From Azolla caroliniana (Eukaryota > Plantae > Polypodiophyta), in the NCBI GenBank assembly GCA_043228905.1, contig JBHGNT010000014.1, forward strand, positions 12,710,001-12,774,000: a stretch of DNA of 64,000 nt, in the 5' to 3' direction. Shown here one piece after another: positions 50,744 through 64,000 of this stretch. Below the pieces are notes generated by a model. The model was given only the letters and a program-made list of their open reading frames with translations, was not told the origin of the DNA and made no database searches. Every line of letters starts with the position of its first letter. Position 1 is the first letter of the stretch. The translations under genes were made by a program, and so were the position numbers.

Positions 50744-53700
50744 CAGAAATTAGTTGTGTTTTTCCACCTGAAGTAAGGCAATTTAGGTTTCTCTTTTCGT
50801 CTATCTCATAAGTGTAGCCCCATTGTTAATGAACTTATTTACTTACACTGCGAAAATTAAAATCTAAATTGAAAATTAAGCCCCATTGTTAATGAACTTA
50901 TTTACTTGCACTGCGAAAATTAAAATCTAAATTGAAAATTAAAAGTTTCCCATGTTTTTATATCACTATTATGTGATGGTGTAAAATAGGAAATTTTCAT
51001 AGCAACTTTATTTTTTTCCCATTGGGCCTTTGTCGGCATATGATGGTCAAATTTAAATTTTAACGGGGCCCTGATTTAAAACCTTTTCATGTTTGGCAAT
51101 GTATAGATTGGGAGAAATGAACTTTTTGAGGGGAAATCGTAAAAGGAATTTCCCATCCATTCTTTTATCAGCTTGAAGAACATTTTTCCTAGGCTAAATC
51201 CTCTCCTGTGCACTTCAACAATATGGCCTGAGATGCACATTGATTTCCCATGTTCAAACATTCAATCTTGAATTCTGTCACTTGAGACAATGGTTCGTGT
51301 GAAATCATAAATATGGGTGGCATATGGCTCACACAAGACCATTGCAGAGTGTTTGAGCAAGAAAAGTGGCAAGAAAAATGTGTTTTTATTTAATGATTTG
51401 TAATACTCTTGATGTCAGTATGAGAAAGCTCATTAGATCACATCTCATTTCTATGTCCCTGTATCATTTTTTTCATGATTCAATGGTATGCTGTAGCTTA
51501 CAAGACATAAATGTTTTCTGAATTTTTGTTTTTAGGGTAACGGATTTGGATGTGGATGCTTTTGATACATTCTATCTGCTTGATTATGTTGGACCGAAAG
51601 GCTTTGTCAGTGAACTTTGTGCAAAGGCAAAAGAGTATGTACTGCATGTCCCATTATATTTGAGCACAATTGTTTATTTCAAGATCTAACGGTAAATCAT
51701 AGGAATGCAATACATTTACATTTCATGCATTCAAATAAGTAAAAAAAAATTCGAGATACCTCTGACTACTTCTTTCATGCCCTTGTTAACATACGAAAGA
51801 GAGAAAAAGGGAATGAATCAGCCATTCAATTGATCAAGTAGCACATATAATTACTTGAGCAAAGTTGACCAAGAGCATTTGTGGAAATAAAGAAAAATTG
51901 AAGGGATACTTTAGAGTTTTTCCTTTGAAATAATGAAAAATAAGTTTGTAGTCTCTGGCATACATCAGCATTCTAAAAGAAAAAAGGAATAAATTACCTT
52001 TCCTTTTGGTAGATTGCTTATATCTAGATCATTTGAAGAGGCACTGTCTGTAGGTGGTAAGTATAACACCATCATTCATTTTTATATCCTGCATTGAGTT
52101 CGCTAGTGTAATGCTGAATGGTTTATGACATAGCCTAAGGTAGTCCTTTTTGTTTGAATTGATTACAGGGTTATCGTTCTAGATCATCACAAAACAGCAT
52201 GTGAACTTTTATCAACAAAGTATTCCAATCTGGGAAATTTAAGCACGAATATCGATATGGACAAATCTGGTGCAACAATTGCGTTCGAATATTTTACAAG
52301 CAAACTAAACTCTAATTTGTGTTTGGAACTAGGAACCAGTAACTCCTTGGAAAGCAAGCAAAATGAAAGAATGTTCCTAGTGCCACAACAGGATTTACCA
52401 CGAATCAGTTGTATTTTTGAGTATATTGAAGATGCTGATTTATGGAAATGGAAACTTCCAAGTAGTAAGGCCTTCACCAGTGGTCTTTCGTCTTTAAAAT
52501 TTGACTATAACATCAACTCAAACACACAGCTCTTCAATAAGGTAACCTATTTTGAATTGGGGAACTGTATATATTGAGTTTGGCTTGGTGAGCTATTATG
52601 TGTTTCCTTGCATTTTTTACTGGCTTGTTTTTGAAAATGGGGGTAAGAAAAACTAGTAAACAATTAATTGGGTCTGTTTTAGCATGGCTTCAGCCAGTTT
52701 GTGGAACATCTAGAGAGCCACTGTAGAAATGTAGTATACAAGAAGGAAAACCATCTCCTTCAGCTTTTGGACTCACTAAGTCTAAATGTCACCTCCAGGA
52801 AATTAGATTGCTTCTGAACAAGGAAGTTAACATCTTGCTAGCACCAAAGTTTGGTATCCCTTTCAGTATCTCTTTAGTGGTAAGAATACAATTCAATACT
52901 CTTGAAATCAGGCAAGGCCACATTGTTTCAAGGTTCCACAATACATGTCTTAATTAGGCAAGAAAGGCTTTGTTTTTGCCTATATGGTCGGTATTAATGC
53001 AAACCATCCCCTTGAAAAGGAACCATTCATGCAAAAATAAACAAGATAACAATTCTAATCAAGTAAACTAACTTCAGCTATTCTGGATGTGTTTCTCCTA
53101 AGATATTCGTGTTCTTTAATTTGATCCTGAAAGTTGTCTTTACTTCAGCTGCAATCACTTGATCCGTCAGAAGTCATAAAGCGTGGAGAAAAAAGCTTAT
53201 TAGGAAAGCAGTCCAAGGTAGATGCAGCTCTTAACAGCTCTTTTCTACTCAACCTGGGGGAAGGAAAGTTTGGACAATGCCTGGTAAATTTTTGTCAGTC
53301 ACCATATCAATTGTGCACGTTATATATGTGCAAATTTGGTATGTATGTTCTTATGTTTACAAAAATAAATTCAACATGTAGTGAGGTTACTTGTCTTCTA
53401 GTTTTTGTTTCAATCATCATCAAAACCACACCAATAAATGACTATTATAGCGTAGTTGTAACTGGTTTTTAACTCTATACAATCTCTCTGTTTTGAAATA
53501 TCCAATGTATGCAATCTATTATAAACCTTAACAGATGCCATGATCTTTTCTAACTCTTCAACAATTAATGCATTATTTTCTGTTATTTGAAGCAGTTTTT
53601 TTGTAATTTCTGTGTAAAGTAGGCTGTCCAAGATGATGCCATTGCAGATCTACGGAGTGAGGCTGGAAATCAACTTGCTGCAAAAAGTCAAGCATATGGT

Positions 53701-54469
53701 CTGAGGTGTATTTTTCTAGCATTTATTATTTTTTAACCCATGGTTACTGAAAATTGTTAAAGCTTATTTCTAGTTAATGTTATTCAGAATTCTACATAAT
53801 CTATGATTAGTTGGTTTTGAATTTTCTGTATTTCTTGGGCCCCACTAATTCCCTAAGAAAAAAACATCCAAACATGTGCACAACATACTACCATCCAAGA
53901 TACATATTTTTATTTGTGACCGGGGCATCAGTAGGCACATTAAAATAGTTGTTACGCACACAAATTTTGTTTCTTCACGATTATTTTGACTGACATCTGA
54001 CCTTCAACAAACTCAGAGTATGCAGGTCTAGATTTTGTACGATTTAAGTGAGGATTTTTTTACATTAATCTTTTTTACCTTGATCATGTATACTTTGAGG
54101 AACTACAAATCATAATTTTTACAAATGGTGATATGGACTCTAATAGCATGGCATTGAGACATGAAGATGGTAACTTTACCGCATCATATGTATGTGGATG
54201 CAGGGCCATAGGGGCTGTTGTATACAGAGTGAAAGGACAAGACCCATCCATACTTAAAGTGAGTCTTAGAAGCCTTGAGGGTGAAGATACAACAGAAATA
54301 TCTGAGGTGAGATTCTTGTGTTTTTCAGTTTCATAATAAGTGAAAAAAATACCATGAAGCATATTTAGATCTCTCCATATTTTCATTTCAGGCATATGGT
54401 GGTGGTGGACATTGCTTAGCGAGCTCTTTTCAGATTGCGAATGAAATCTTTGCTAAATGGAGGGGATAA
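50454..54469 (+). CDS. DHH/DHHA1-family phosphoesterase-like protein, 7 exons: 50454-50590, 51536-51634, 52169-52541, 53149-53283, 53623-53705, 54204-54306, 54392-54469
   Basis: GT-AG introns in compatible phases. ILYHFPCPDG (motif I), YLLDY (II), VIVLDHHKTA (DHH), IEDADLWKW, KVSLRS and YGGGGH..ASSF (DHHA1). Confidence 0.9.
50817..50942. repeat. ~62-bp tandem duplication in DHH intron 1
   Basis: AGCCCCATTGTTAATGAACTTATTTACTTRCACTGCGAAAATTAAAATCTAAATTGAAAATTA twice. Confidence 0.9.
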
Positions 54470-54532
54470 CAAGTCATGACCATCTGAGTAACCTACCCTT
54501 ATACCTCCTTTAAAATGTCATATGATTGTTGT

Positions 54533-54611
54533 CTTATTATAACTCCGCTCCAAAGACGTTGTAACCCAAAATAACTTATTATAACTCCGCTCCAAAGACG
54601 TTGTAACCCAA
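54533..54611. repeat. ~40-bp tandem duplication in the DHH 3' region
   Basis: CTTATTATAACTCCGCTCCAAAGACGTTGTAACCCAA twice. Confidence 0.9.
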
Positions 54612-55090
54612 TTTATAGATAACATATTGTAGTAAGTAAACTAAAACTACCCACGAATTAATATTATTGGTATAAGGCTTTTGCAATATTATTCAATGCT
54701 TTATTATTCAAGATTGTCTTGTTTGTACTCATCTAATAATGCTTGTTTGTATCATCTTGAACTTGAATTTCATGATAAAACACAATTTAATATTTCGACT
54801 ATCCATGTTCATATGTTTACTCCACAATAATTTCATCATGCATAGATAACGGTGAGTAAACAACACCCAATCAATGTCTTATTATTTGACCTTCTTAAAT
54901 GGTAGCATGACGAAGATCTTGAATGTCTTAAACACAGTGATCATAAATATTCAAAGGGTTAAAGGTTTGATCAGCCATATGATGTTTTCTGAAGAAGGTC
55001 TCAGCCATAAAGCACATCAATCTATGGCTGTTGCACAATTCTTACATTTTTGGTTGGAAACTGTGTAACCACAAACATCCCTGGACTAAA

Positions 55091-55860
55091 TTATCCATTA
55101 ACGATCATTCAGTTGTTACAAGAACACAATTATTAGCTGTAGTAAACTTCCCTTCAATTACCTACATATATATACAAACATACATGCATACATAAATATC
55201 CACACTTTTTAAATATACGCATGCATATGCATACTTTGTATCAGGGATTACATCATGCTGTGCAGTAGGGGAAAATCTCATTCTGGTGTGAAAACCTAGA
55301 ACATAATGAAGTGCATGCTTGTTGCATATGCATGCCTTGATATCCTATGAGACATTGCAAGAATGTTAGACATTTGCTTACATACATGCATCCATGTAAG
55401 CATGAACACTTCATCCATGTATGGCATACCTCCATACATACATACATCAATCCCTCCTTTCATGCCCTATAAGCTTATGATGCTCAAGAAAGCCTTTGCC
55501 AAAGTGACATTGGTGACCATTCTTGATTGTTTGTTGGAGGGGGGATGTCCTTGGTAATGAATGTGGCAAGGTTCTCTTTAAAGTGCTTTTAGGATGGGCA
55601 TTTATGATTTGAATACAAGCTATTGCGGTTTATCATAAGTTAAAACAAAGATGAAGAGTGGATAACCAACGGAGAGATAGAGAATGTCTATGTGTCCATG
55701 AAGACGATGCTCCAACAATGCTATAATTAGATCTTCACGTAAACTCATTGAATTTATTTATTACAACTTGTAATGATCATGTTGAAGGTTATTCATTAAT
55801 GATCATTCAGTTATTACAAGAAAGCAATTATTAGCTGTAGTAAACATCCCTTCAATGACC
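55091..55860 (+). other. Insertion copied from the XTH locus (9261-9532 joined to 10811-11128), flanked by a ~70-bp direct repeat
   Basis: Collinear similarity to both donor segments. Repeat copies at 55091-55162 and 55789-55860. Confidence 0.85.
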
Positions 55861-56289
55861 CTTAGCTTGATACTCAAATAACTAATATTAACATTACATT
55901 GTTGGTTGCCTCAAATAGCAACCATGTGCATTTTTTCTCAAACTATGAATGAAATGCAATCTTTTTGCAGAAACTACCCCTCTCCATAATTGTGCAAGCA
56001 TGATAAAACCACACAAATCTTGATCATTATTTTATGATTAAATCCCATCCTAATGACTTGACTTGGCTTCTCTATATGAAACTATATACTATATCCATGT
56101 AGTTGATTTTTTTATTTCTTACATTAGTTTTATATAAATATATCATGTATCTAAGACTCAACAACAATCTTCTAAAATACACTAATCTATACACTGAATG
56201 GTTAATGTCAGCTCCTTACTGTAGGCGTTGAGCAAAACAAAAGGATTAAGCTCTGCTCTCAACCATAGATGAGAGTTACCGAGCTTTTT

Positions 56290-59200
56290 TTAATCAAATG
56301 CACTCAACAAAAACAGCTTCTCCTGTACAAAAGAAAAAAGAAAGAAAGGATTTGATCTTGAGATATGCACAAAGGAACATTTTGTATTTTAATTTGCTTC
56401 TTGGTTGTTAGCTGGAAGAACTTACACTGTCAGAGAATTGTGGGCTCGGTATATCATCTATCATGCATCCTGAATACCATGTAAAATCTAATGATGCGGA
56501 GACATCAGAAAATGCAGAGCTAATCAACACTGGGGACGCATTGCTGTCTTTGCAATCAAACCCTGGAAATAGCATGACATATATATATATATACTTATGT
56601 AGCACTGAGAAACTTGAAGGAATTACAAGTGCAAAAATGGGGAAACATTTTATGTAAAAATACCCCACTTGAGTTATGTGCCAAATTTCTCCAAAATTTA
56701 CCTAAGCATCCCTCCCAGCTCTGTAGTAGTAATTTGGGCAAAACAATGGGGATTTACTGAAGACCAGAAACTACCCTTTAGTGATATAAATTTTATTATA
56801 TTTAGGGGTATGCTGGTAAGTTTTTTTTATTTAAGGGTATTCCATCGTATACCCAAAACAAGCTAGGAATATTTTGGTGTTTTGACCTACCTAGTTAAGT
56901 TTTTGAAGCAAAGTATTCTGGTAATTGTTTACTTCTTCTTGTAGAGAGCATGGGGTACTCTGCCTATGTTTTTATCAGAGAGGTATCGTCATAAATATCT
57001 AAAATGTCAGGTGGTTTCTTTGAAGAAAGAAAAGCTCAAGAAAAACAAACCTTGACCATTAGTATTGGAGTAGACACCTTCCACTTCGTCATCCGTAGCC
57101 ATGATTGCTTGATTTACTTGAACAGATGTGAAACAGTCATTCTGTGCTGATGTAGAATCATCGCCTTGATGACTTCCTATATTACTTGATGAACTACACT
57201 CCAATCCTTCTTGTTCATGTCTTATTTTCCATGATCTTTCACGAAGAATAACAGGGGTACCTATTCCAACCTCATGTTGCTCATGGTGATGGGCTATTTC
57301 TTCATCAATGCGGAATATAGATGTAATTTGACTGAAACAAAGAAAGAAGACATTTGAGGTTTTGAATCATTAAGTCATTATGAATGAGAGAAAGAAATGT
57401 TGTTGATTGTTTTCTTGATATAAATCTCACCTTCCATATGGACTGTAGTGTAGATCTTTTCCTTCAAAACATGCATTAATTACTTCTCCATGTTTTGGAT
57501 GTTCTATATCATAGTTATGTGTTTGCAGATTCTTGCTAACCTCTGTTCTTGCCCAATCAAATGGCTGCAATTAATAGATATAACCATATCAATATACAGA
57601 TCAATCTCTGTATGCGGTTAAAATAATATTAACATCTAAATGACACACAAAACGTTTCAGATGTTATGGAAGCTTCTCAAAAATCATACCGTAGAAACTG
57701 TCTAATATGTTTATTAAGACTGAGGTAAAACGTGTATTTCAATATTAATGCATACGAAATGAATCAGAATCTATCATAGGATAAGCGTTTTGCGTCATTC
57801 ATTTGTCATGAACATGATAAAATTCATAGGTCAAGAAAACCTACCTTCCAAACATCATTGGTGCAACCCCACAACTTCATGGCATCGTTATGACCAATAA
57901 CAGAATTTGAAAGAGTAATATTCTGAGAAAGAGAAGGGGGGAGTCTTGGTGGTGTTATTATTTCTTGAGGTAAGTCCAGAATATTAGCATTATCTGCAAA
58001 GTAAAACATAGAACAATTTGCCTATAAATTAGATATAATATATATGATTATAATATGCATATTGAGCCATAGAAACATATTGCATACAAATTAGATACCA
58101 ACTATATGAGTATGAACTGCACTACCGTAGTTCACATATACACAACAGGATATCTAATATATGGATATTCTCAAAACATTATGCAATAGAAATATATTGT
58201 AGACAAAGAAGATATTAAATATGTGTATAACCCACACACTATACCATTGAAATATATTGCAGACAAGTATACATGTGGAGAGAACAAGAGAATGGGATTG
58301 AAGTTATTCCTTAGGGAGCACAAGAGTGATTGTTATCAAAGTTACGTTGAATCAAACCTTCATTCACAATGGACTTTTTGCCAAGACAATAATTGTTGGC
58401 TTTTGTTTGCTCTGTTTCAGAGTGCTGAAAAGGTTTCAAATCACAATGTGTAAACGATTTGCGGGGTTTTCTGGAATGTACAGGATGAGCACGATCTGCC
58501 ATGCTTTGTTCAGATTTCCAAGTTGGTATTGTCTTTTTGTTATGAAGATGGCTCTGCTTTTGTAGATTTGTGAGCTCATTACAACCGTCATTCAACCTAG
58601 GACATGTAAATAAATCAGTAAGCCACTTTCCACAAAAACTTATCCTGAAAAAAAGGTCAAAACACCATCTAAAAGGATCCCTAAAACATTTCTCAATCAA
58701 AACACAGTTTAAAAATGGAAGGGATCACAGTTTCCCAATCAAATGGCCTCCAAAAGCTCTTGTGAGATGTGACAAAAAGAAATATTAAATATATCTTCAC
58801 CAGCTGACGATTCTTGTAACCATCTCTTGCATTAGTACCTATATACATCTTGAGTTAGGCTTATCAAATCACTTACTTATATCATGCAATTACAAGAGAC
58901 ACACTGTAGTCAACATTGTCTTCTCCAGCTAAGCGTATTACATCATTCTTTTCTACCATTGAAGCCAACATTATTTTGCAATTTTATTATCAAGCTGCAT
59001 ATACTTGCCTGCTTCTCTTATTAATGGTGTTGCTGATTGGCTCCAAAACCCTTCTACAAGATGCAATTTTTCCTGCCTCTGCATCGTTTTGGTTTGATAT
59101 ACCTAGTTTCTTTGCTTCCTTCTTGCCCAATGCAGAGAACCGGTTTTTCACTGCATTGTCAGTTCTGCGCAGACACAATTTCATTTACTATATGTTACTA

Positions 59201-61484
59201 TCTATATGCATTACTGAATAAAAACACATAGAAATGGCCTCAATAGAAACAACAAACTTTTCTTTATCCCCCCAAATAGCCCCTTAAGTTTGTTTTATTC
59301 CAAAAAATTTCACAGTCAACTCAAAAGAGAGAAATAGGGGACGAACTGGCTATAGAGGTGGGGAGGGGTATTCTGGTAAATAACCCACAAGTAAGAAAAA
59401 GAAGGGATATTTTGATTATTATGCCTATGTGAAGAACTACCTGCCAGGCACGACTTTCGCTATTTCTGTCCATCTGTTGCCAAACTTCCGTTGTGCCTAT
59501 CATCATTACATTATATTCTCATCAGAATCCGGATATAAGAACAACAAATTAAGATGAAATTATGTATTCCATGCACAAAACCTCTAGTAATAGTTGATCT
59601 TCTTCTGGTGACCAGCCGCCCTTCTTGAAATCTACACTTAGGTAAGTATTCCATCTATTCAATAAATAAAGATCCGTTAGGGCCAAGATGATCAATAGAA
59701 TGTATACTATCTGGTAGATATGAAGTATAGTTTCTTCTTACCGGCGCCGGCACTGACGACTAGTTTTGTTGTGGAATTGGGCTGCAATAACTGACCATCT
59801 GCACATGTGTAGATGCAAGGGGAATATAACTCATGAGACAGAAAAAGGGAAAAGAGAAACACCTTCAAAAGATTCCTAAGCTTTTCTTTTTATTTCCTTA
59901 AAATGCTCCCCACTTTTCCTCATTTTCCCCGATGCACTTGGTCAACTCTCAAAAGAGCAAGTGATTTCTCACGGGTCTATATGCTATTTGAGCAGTTATA
60001 TGGTCAAATTGCTATATTTTTCTCTCATTTGGGAGTTAAGTGAGGGCATTTGAGAAGACAACAGAAACTCAGGTATTTCCCAGGTTTTCCCAAGAACCAA
60101 AAGGCCCAAATTTTATGAAACAAGTCATGGCTAACAAAAACCTACTTTTCAATTCCATAAGTTCCCACAGCATTTCTCAGAACCTCATCTTCCTGCATTG
60201 ATTTAATAAGCAAAGAATGTAAGAAATCAGTGACAATTAGCAATAAAGTAAATAAGATGGTATTCCTTGCATATGACAACTTATGTGTGATATCACATTA
60301 AAGTTCATTTCATGATGCTATAACAAATTTTGTGAAACAACAATTCTATTGAGACAGACTAAATAATATGTCTAGCTCATTGATTTACAGACATCTACTA
60401 TTAAGGAATGAAAAGAAGGACCAACCCTCATGGGATTGATGACACAACATAAAATTTTGGGAATTTATAAAGAAAAAGAGAATTATGAAGGATCAGGACA
60501 CCATGCAGCATGAATCATGTAATATGCAGCATCAGTGAAAATGTTGCTTGAATCAAATCCTATGTAATATGAACCCATTTCCATGTGTTCATTTAGATGT
60601 ACTTTTTGAATGGTCTATGTTCCTAATTGAACTTAGGTATAGGAAAACCAAGTTTTTGTGTAGTTTTCACTTATGATTCGTCTCAATGTTTTGGTCTGAA
60701 TTCATCATACGTTTTGAATGCTGTTGTGTAGTTTGCACTTGTGGCGTAGGAACTTGGTAAATTTCAGATGATTTTAAAAACAAAAAAACTCAAAATGCCG
60801 AGTTGTAGATGAAGGTTTACTACATTTCTGTAAAAAAAATGTTTTTAAGATTACAGCGTTCTGATGTTTTTTACAAATTTTTAGTAACAAATTACAATAT
60901 TCCTCAAGTCTGTACGAGACTAACAAGATTATTGGAATGAGTCAATGCTCTGAACAGCACTTGAAGTTATTCCTTAACAAGAATAACTCAGCATTTGAAT
61001 GTCCTTACTAATAGCTAGCTCAGCATTTGAAGGGTTTTTCAAATCTACACTGTCTCAAACAATGTAACTATTCAACATTTGGAAGTCTCTAAAGTCTTAA
61101 TTTCCAAACTCTAAAGTTGACTTGGGAGTAGCAAAAGTGCAAATTGCACTGTTCTTCTATTCAGCATATGAAGTTCGAGTTCACATTGCAAATGCAAATT
61201 ACACTTGTATTCTACAGTTCATGCTTTACATGCAACTGTAAATCTTCCCACGTAATGGGCAGTTTTTGTGGCAAATCACACAAAGCTCAAGCATTTTCGA
61301 ACAATTGCAGGAACAATTTACCTAGAGAATACATATACGTAAAATATTTCAGAAGTTTGGGATAAGAAAAACAAACCTGATCAGTCCAAGTAACAAAATG
61401 GCGGTCCGTGGAAGATTTATCGCTGGTATCAGAAGGAGAGGGACGAATCATTCTCAGAAGAGAAGGAGACAAATGAGGTCCCAT
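56290..61484 (-). CDS. FLP/MYB88: FOUR LIPS/MYB88-like atypical R2R3-MYB; exons include 61484-61377, 60192-60146, 59798-59742, 59654-59582, 59496-59441, 59164-59009, 58596-~58350, 57993-57845 and further exons to the stop at 56290
   Basis: Spliced protein RHFVTWTDQEDEVL...WSVIAAQFHNKTSRQCRRRWNTYLSVDFKKGGWSPEEDQLLLEAQRKFGNRWTEIAKVVPGRTDNAVKNRF. C-terminal IPSPQFSDSEKLFLL matches the FLP/MYB88 motif. Middle exon boundaries are less certain. Confidence 0.9.
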
Positions 61485-62049
61485 AGATTCTCATTTATTC
61501 TACTTTTGTTCTTACAAATCAGAGATTTAACGTATGCTCCGTTTTTTACACAGATCCGGAAGAAGTGAAGAACTCCATTGATTCATAAACATTGTTGTCC
61601 AGAAGCGTCACAGATTATAGGAAGAAATTGTCGCTCAGAAATGCTGATTTGGCCTTTTCTCCTGCGGATCTGTGTCAAAAAATATTACCAAGCCTTTCAA
61701 AATGCCGCAATTCCGATCCACGCACCTTGTCTTCCAATCGAAATTGGAGGATAAGGCGACGGAATTGGGAGGAAAGGAGGTGCAGGAATGGATCGAAAAG
61801 AAAGATTGGCGGAGGAAGTGGAGATGGAAGGCGTTGCAGGGAAATTCACACTGCCGAGAGGATTGGTGGAGGACGAGCGGCGACGAGATTGTGCAGATTG
61901 TGCAGGGGATTGATGATCGGGAGGGAGACAAGGATCAGAAGAAGCAGAAGCAGAAGAAGCAGAAGCAGGAGGAGGAATGCGAGGGAAAAGACCGAATTTT
62001 CTTTGCTTTTGTTTTTTGGGTTTGAATTCATTGGCGTCTTTCCCGCCCT

Positions 62050-62335
62050 TTTTCTGCTTTTTCTGCTTTTCTGCTTTTTCTGCTTTTTCTGCTTTTGTCT
62101 TTTTGCTTCTTTGCTTTCTGCTTTTCTCTCCTTGCTTCTTTGCTTTCTGCTTTTCTCTCCTTGCTTTTTTGCTTTCTGCTTTTCTCTTCTTGCTTCTTTG
62201 CTTTCTGCTTTTCTCTCCTTGCATGTTTGCAGCTTATTTGCTTCTTCTTTTATATGCCTTTTGCTTTTCTGCCCCTCGCGTTTTTGCTTTTTGCTTTTCT
62301 GCCTTCTGCCTTCTGCTTTCTGCTTTTTGCTTTTG
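62050..62335. repeat. Pyrimidine-rich low-complexity repeat (TTTTCTGC / TTGCTTCT units)
   Basis: Degenerate 8-9-nt units with ~30-nt higher-order repeats, upstream of the MYB gene. It explains the low-complexity ORFs here. Confidence 0.8.
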
Positions 62336-64000
62336 GGCTCCCCCGTTGACTCTAGAGTGTGTTTGATCCGATTCGACACTATGTATTATTACCGCCGAAA
62401 AGGCAAGAGTGTGCGCATGCGTGCGCGGTGTGTGAAATCTCTCTTCTTCTCCCAGAAAAGAAAGCCCGATGTGTTGTTGATCTTTACACGCCCCGCCTAA
62501 TCTCGTGGTTTTTTTTTCCGTGCTCGCCTAGGCATCCACGATGTTTGTGAAACCACATCTATCTCTGTTTTCCGACAGCAGCAAGTGTCCATCCCCTGCT
62601 TGTTCAGTTTTCATCTTGTCCCTTCCCTTCCATTGAGGGAAAAATAAAACGCAATGTGAATCCGTCTTCTTGCTTCTTCCAGGACCGAATTGCTCAACTT
62701 AATGTCGAACTGCCTCCCTTTATCATGTTTCTCGACACCACGTTCTCGTAAATTGGGTGTAAACTCGCCCTACAATGTTTTGAAAGAAAAGAAAAAAATG
62801 GAATCATCAATGAAACACAATTCGAGCTAAAGGTGGTTGCATCTTTCAACTTCTCGATTCAAAAAATAATAATTTAATTTAATTTGAACAACGGAAAAAA
62901 AGCATCGCTTTACTTTGTCCATACATTATGTATGTCAGGAGACTTTAGATGCCTCCGCAATTAATTATTGTTTTATACAACCAATAGTTTGCATTTTACG
63001 AAAGGCTAAAAGAACAAGCATCAATAAACAAACATGACGATGTAGTGATAAAGCTCATGCACTGCAACACTAAGCTTGTGATGAACACATCTCATACTCA
63101 TAGCCTCCTCTTGACAACTGCCAACATTCTTGTAGTCCGAAATCGTCCTCCCTTCCGTACATTTGTGTGTATGTGTATGTTTCACACACTGCATTGTTAC
63201 ATCTTCATAAACATATAGATTTAGGACCGAATTTGTTTGTAGGTCTCCAATAGTAACTAGACAAATGCATAGATTTTATATCGTTCTCGACGCACATTGG
63301 TGATCTATAGAACCCAAGGTAAAACATTTTCATACAATGTGAGCGAAGTTCATAAGCGACTTCTTGATGCTCGAGAAACTTTTTACCTGATGAATGTTGT
63401 AATTAAGCGATGCATACTACGACTAAGAGAAAATAATCCAATCATTGTCCTTCCAGATGTCATAATTGTGATAGCTCGGTTACATATGCTCATGTTTACA
63501 TGCTCAAACACGCAAATTAAGATTAATGTAAAACTTAGAACCACAACACAAGCAAACTCTCAACTACTCATTAAATGTTAGTCATAGTAAATAATGTTTA
63601 CCACGCTTGGGGATTTTGAGAACCGGATGCAAGCATATTATTGTTTATCTTTATCTTGCTTACAAAATCAAATATAATGATATTGTACAATCCACTTATA
63701 GGAGAGTAATACAACCGTTGTTTATGATTATACACTTTATCCCTTTAAATAAGAAGACAATCTATTGTATTATTTGACCATAACCGTGCTCGCTTCGTTA
63801 CACAATATACAATATGCGTTATGTTTCTTAACTAGAAACACTCTTATCTTAAGCGACCAAATCCAATTAACTAATGTTATCACTTCTTGTTATTAGCACT
63901 AATACGAAGAGAAAGAAATTTTGGTGTCTCCAAGTGTCAGGTGAGATATCATCCTTACAAAACAAAACTCGTTAAAGTCATGTTTTCCATATATATTGAT

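Noticed and set aside
61592-62500. 302-aa and other ORFs
   Set aside because: Translations of low-complexity repeats on both strands.

Overview
AT-rich land-plant genomic DNA; the TE types and gene content suggest a fern or other non-seed vascular plant (inference). Three spliced host genes are present: an XTH xyloglucan endotransglucosylase/hydrolase (7713-9977, +), a DHH/DHHA1-family phosphoesterase (50454-54469, +) and a FLP/MYB88-like R2R3-MYB (56290-61484, -). Between XTH and the DHH gene lies a ~35 kb nested TE complex. A degraded L1-type LINE (-), bounded by (CT)n at both ends, carries three LTR elements: Gypsy-A 15344-22640, Gypsy-B 23330-40860 and Copia-E 43031-48536. Gypsy-B in turn carries Copia-C 24430-29809 and Gypsy-D 31230-38535. 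Main observations: (1) Gypsy-A and -D have unrelated LTR interiors but share a tRNA-Trp PBS, a 4-bp ACGT target duplication in a TACGTG context, a D-H-G protease motif, a covarying pre-PPT hairpin, and a G_GAU_UUU slippery site with a predicted pseudoknot that would give a -1 frameshift between protease and RT. (2) Gypsy-B has an independent G_GAA_AAC -1 frameshift signal. (3) The LINE family appears to target (CT/GA)n. (4) A microhomology-joined templated insertion copied from the XTH locus sits at 55160-55792. All alignments and structures were done by eye.
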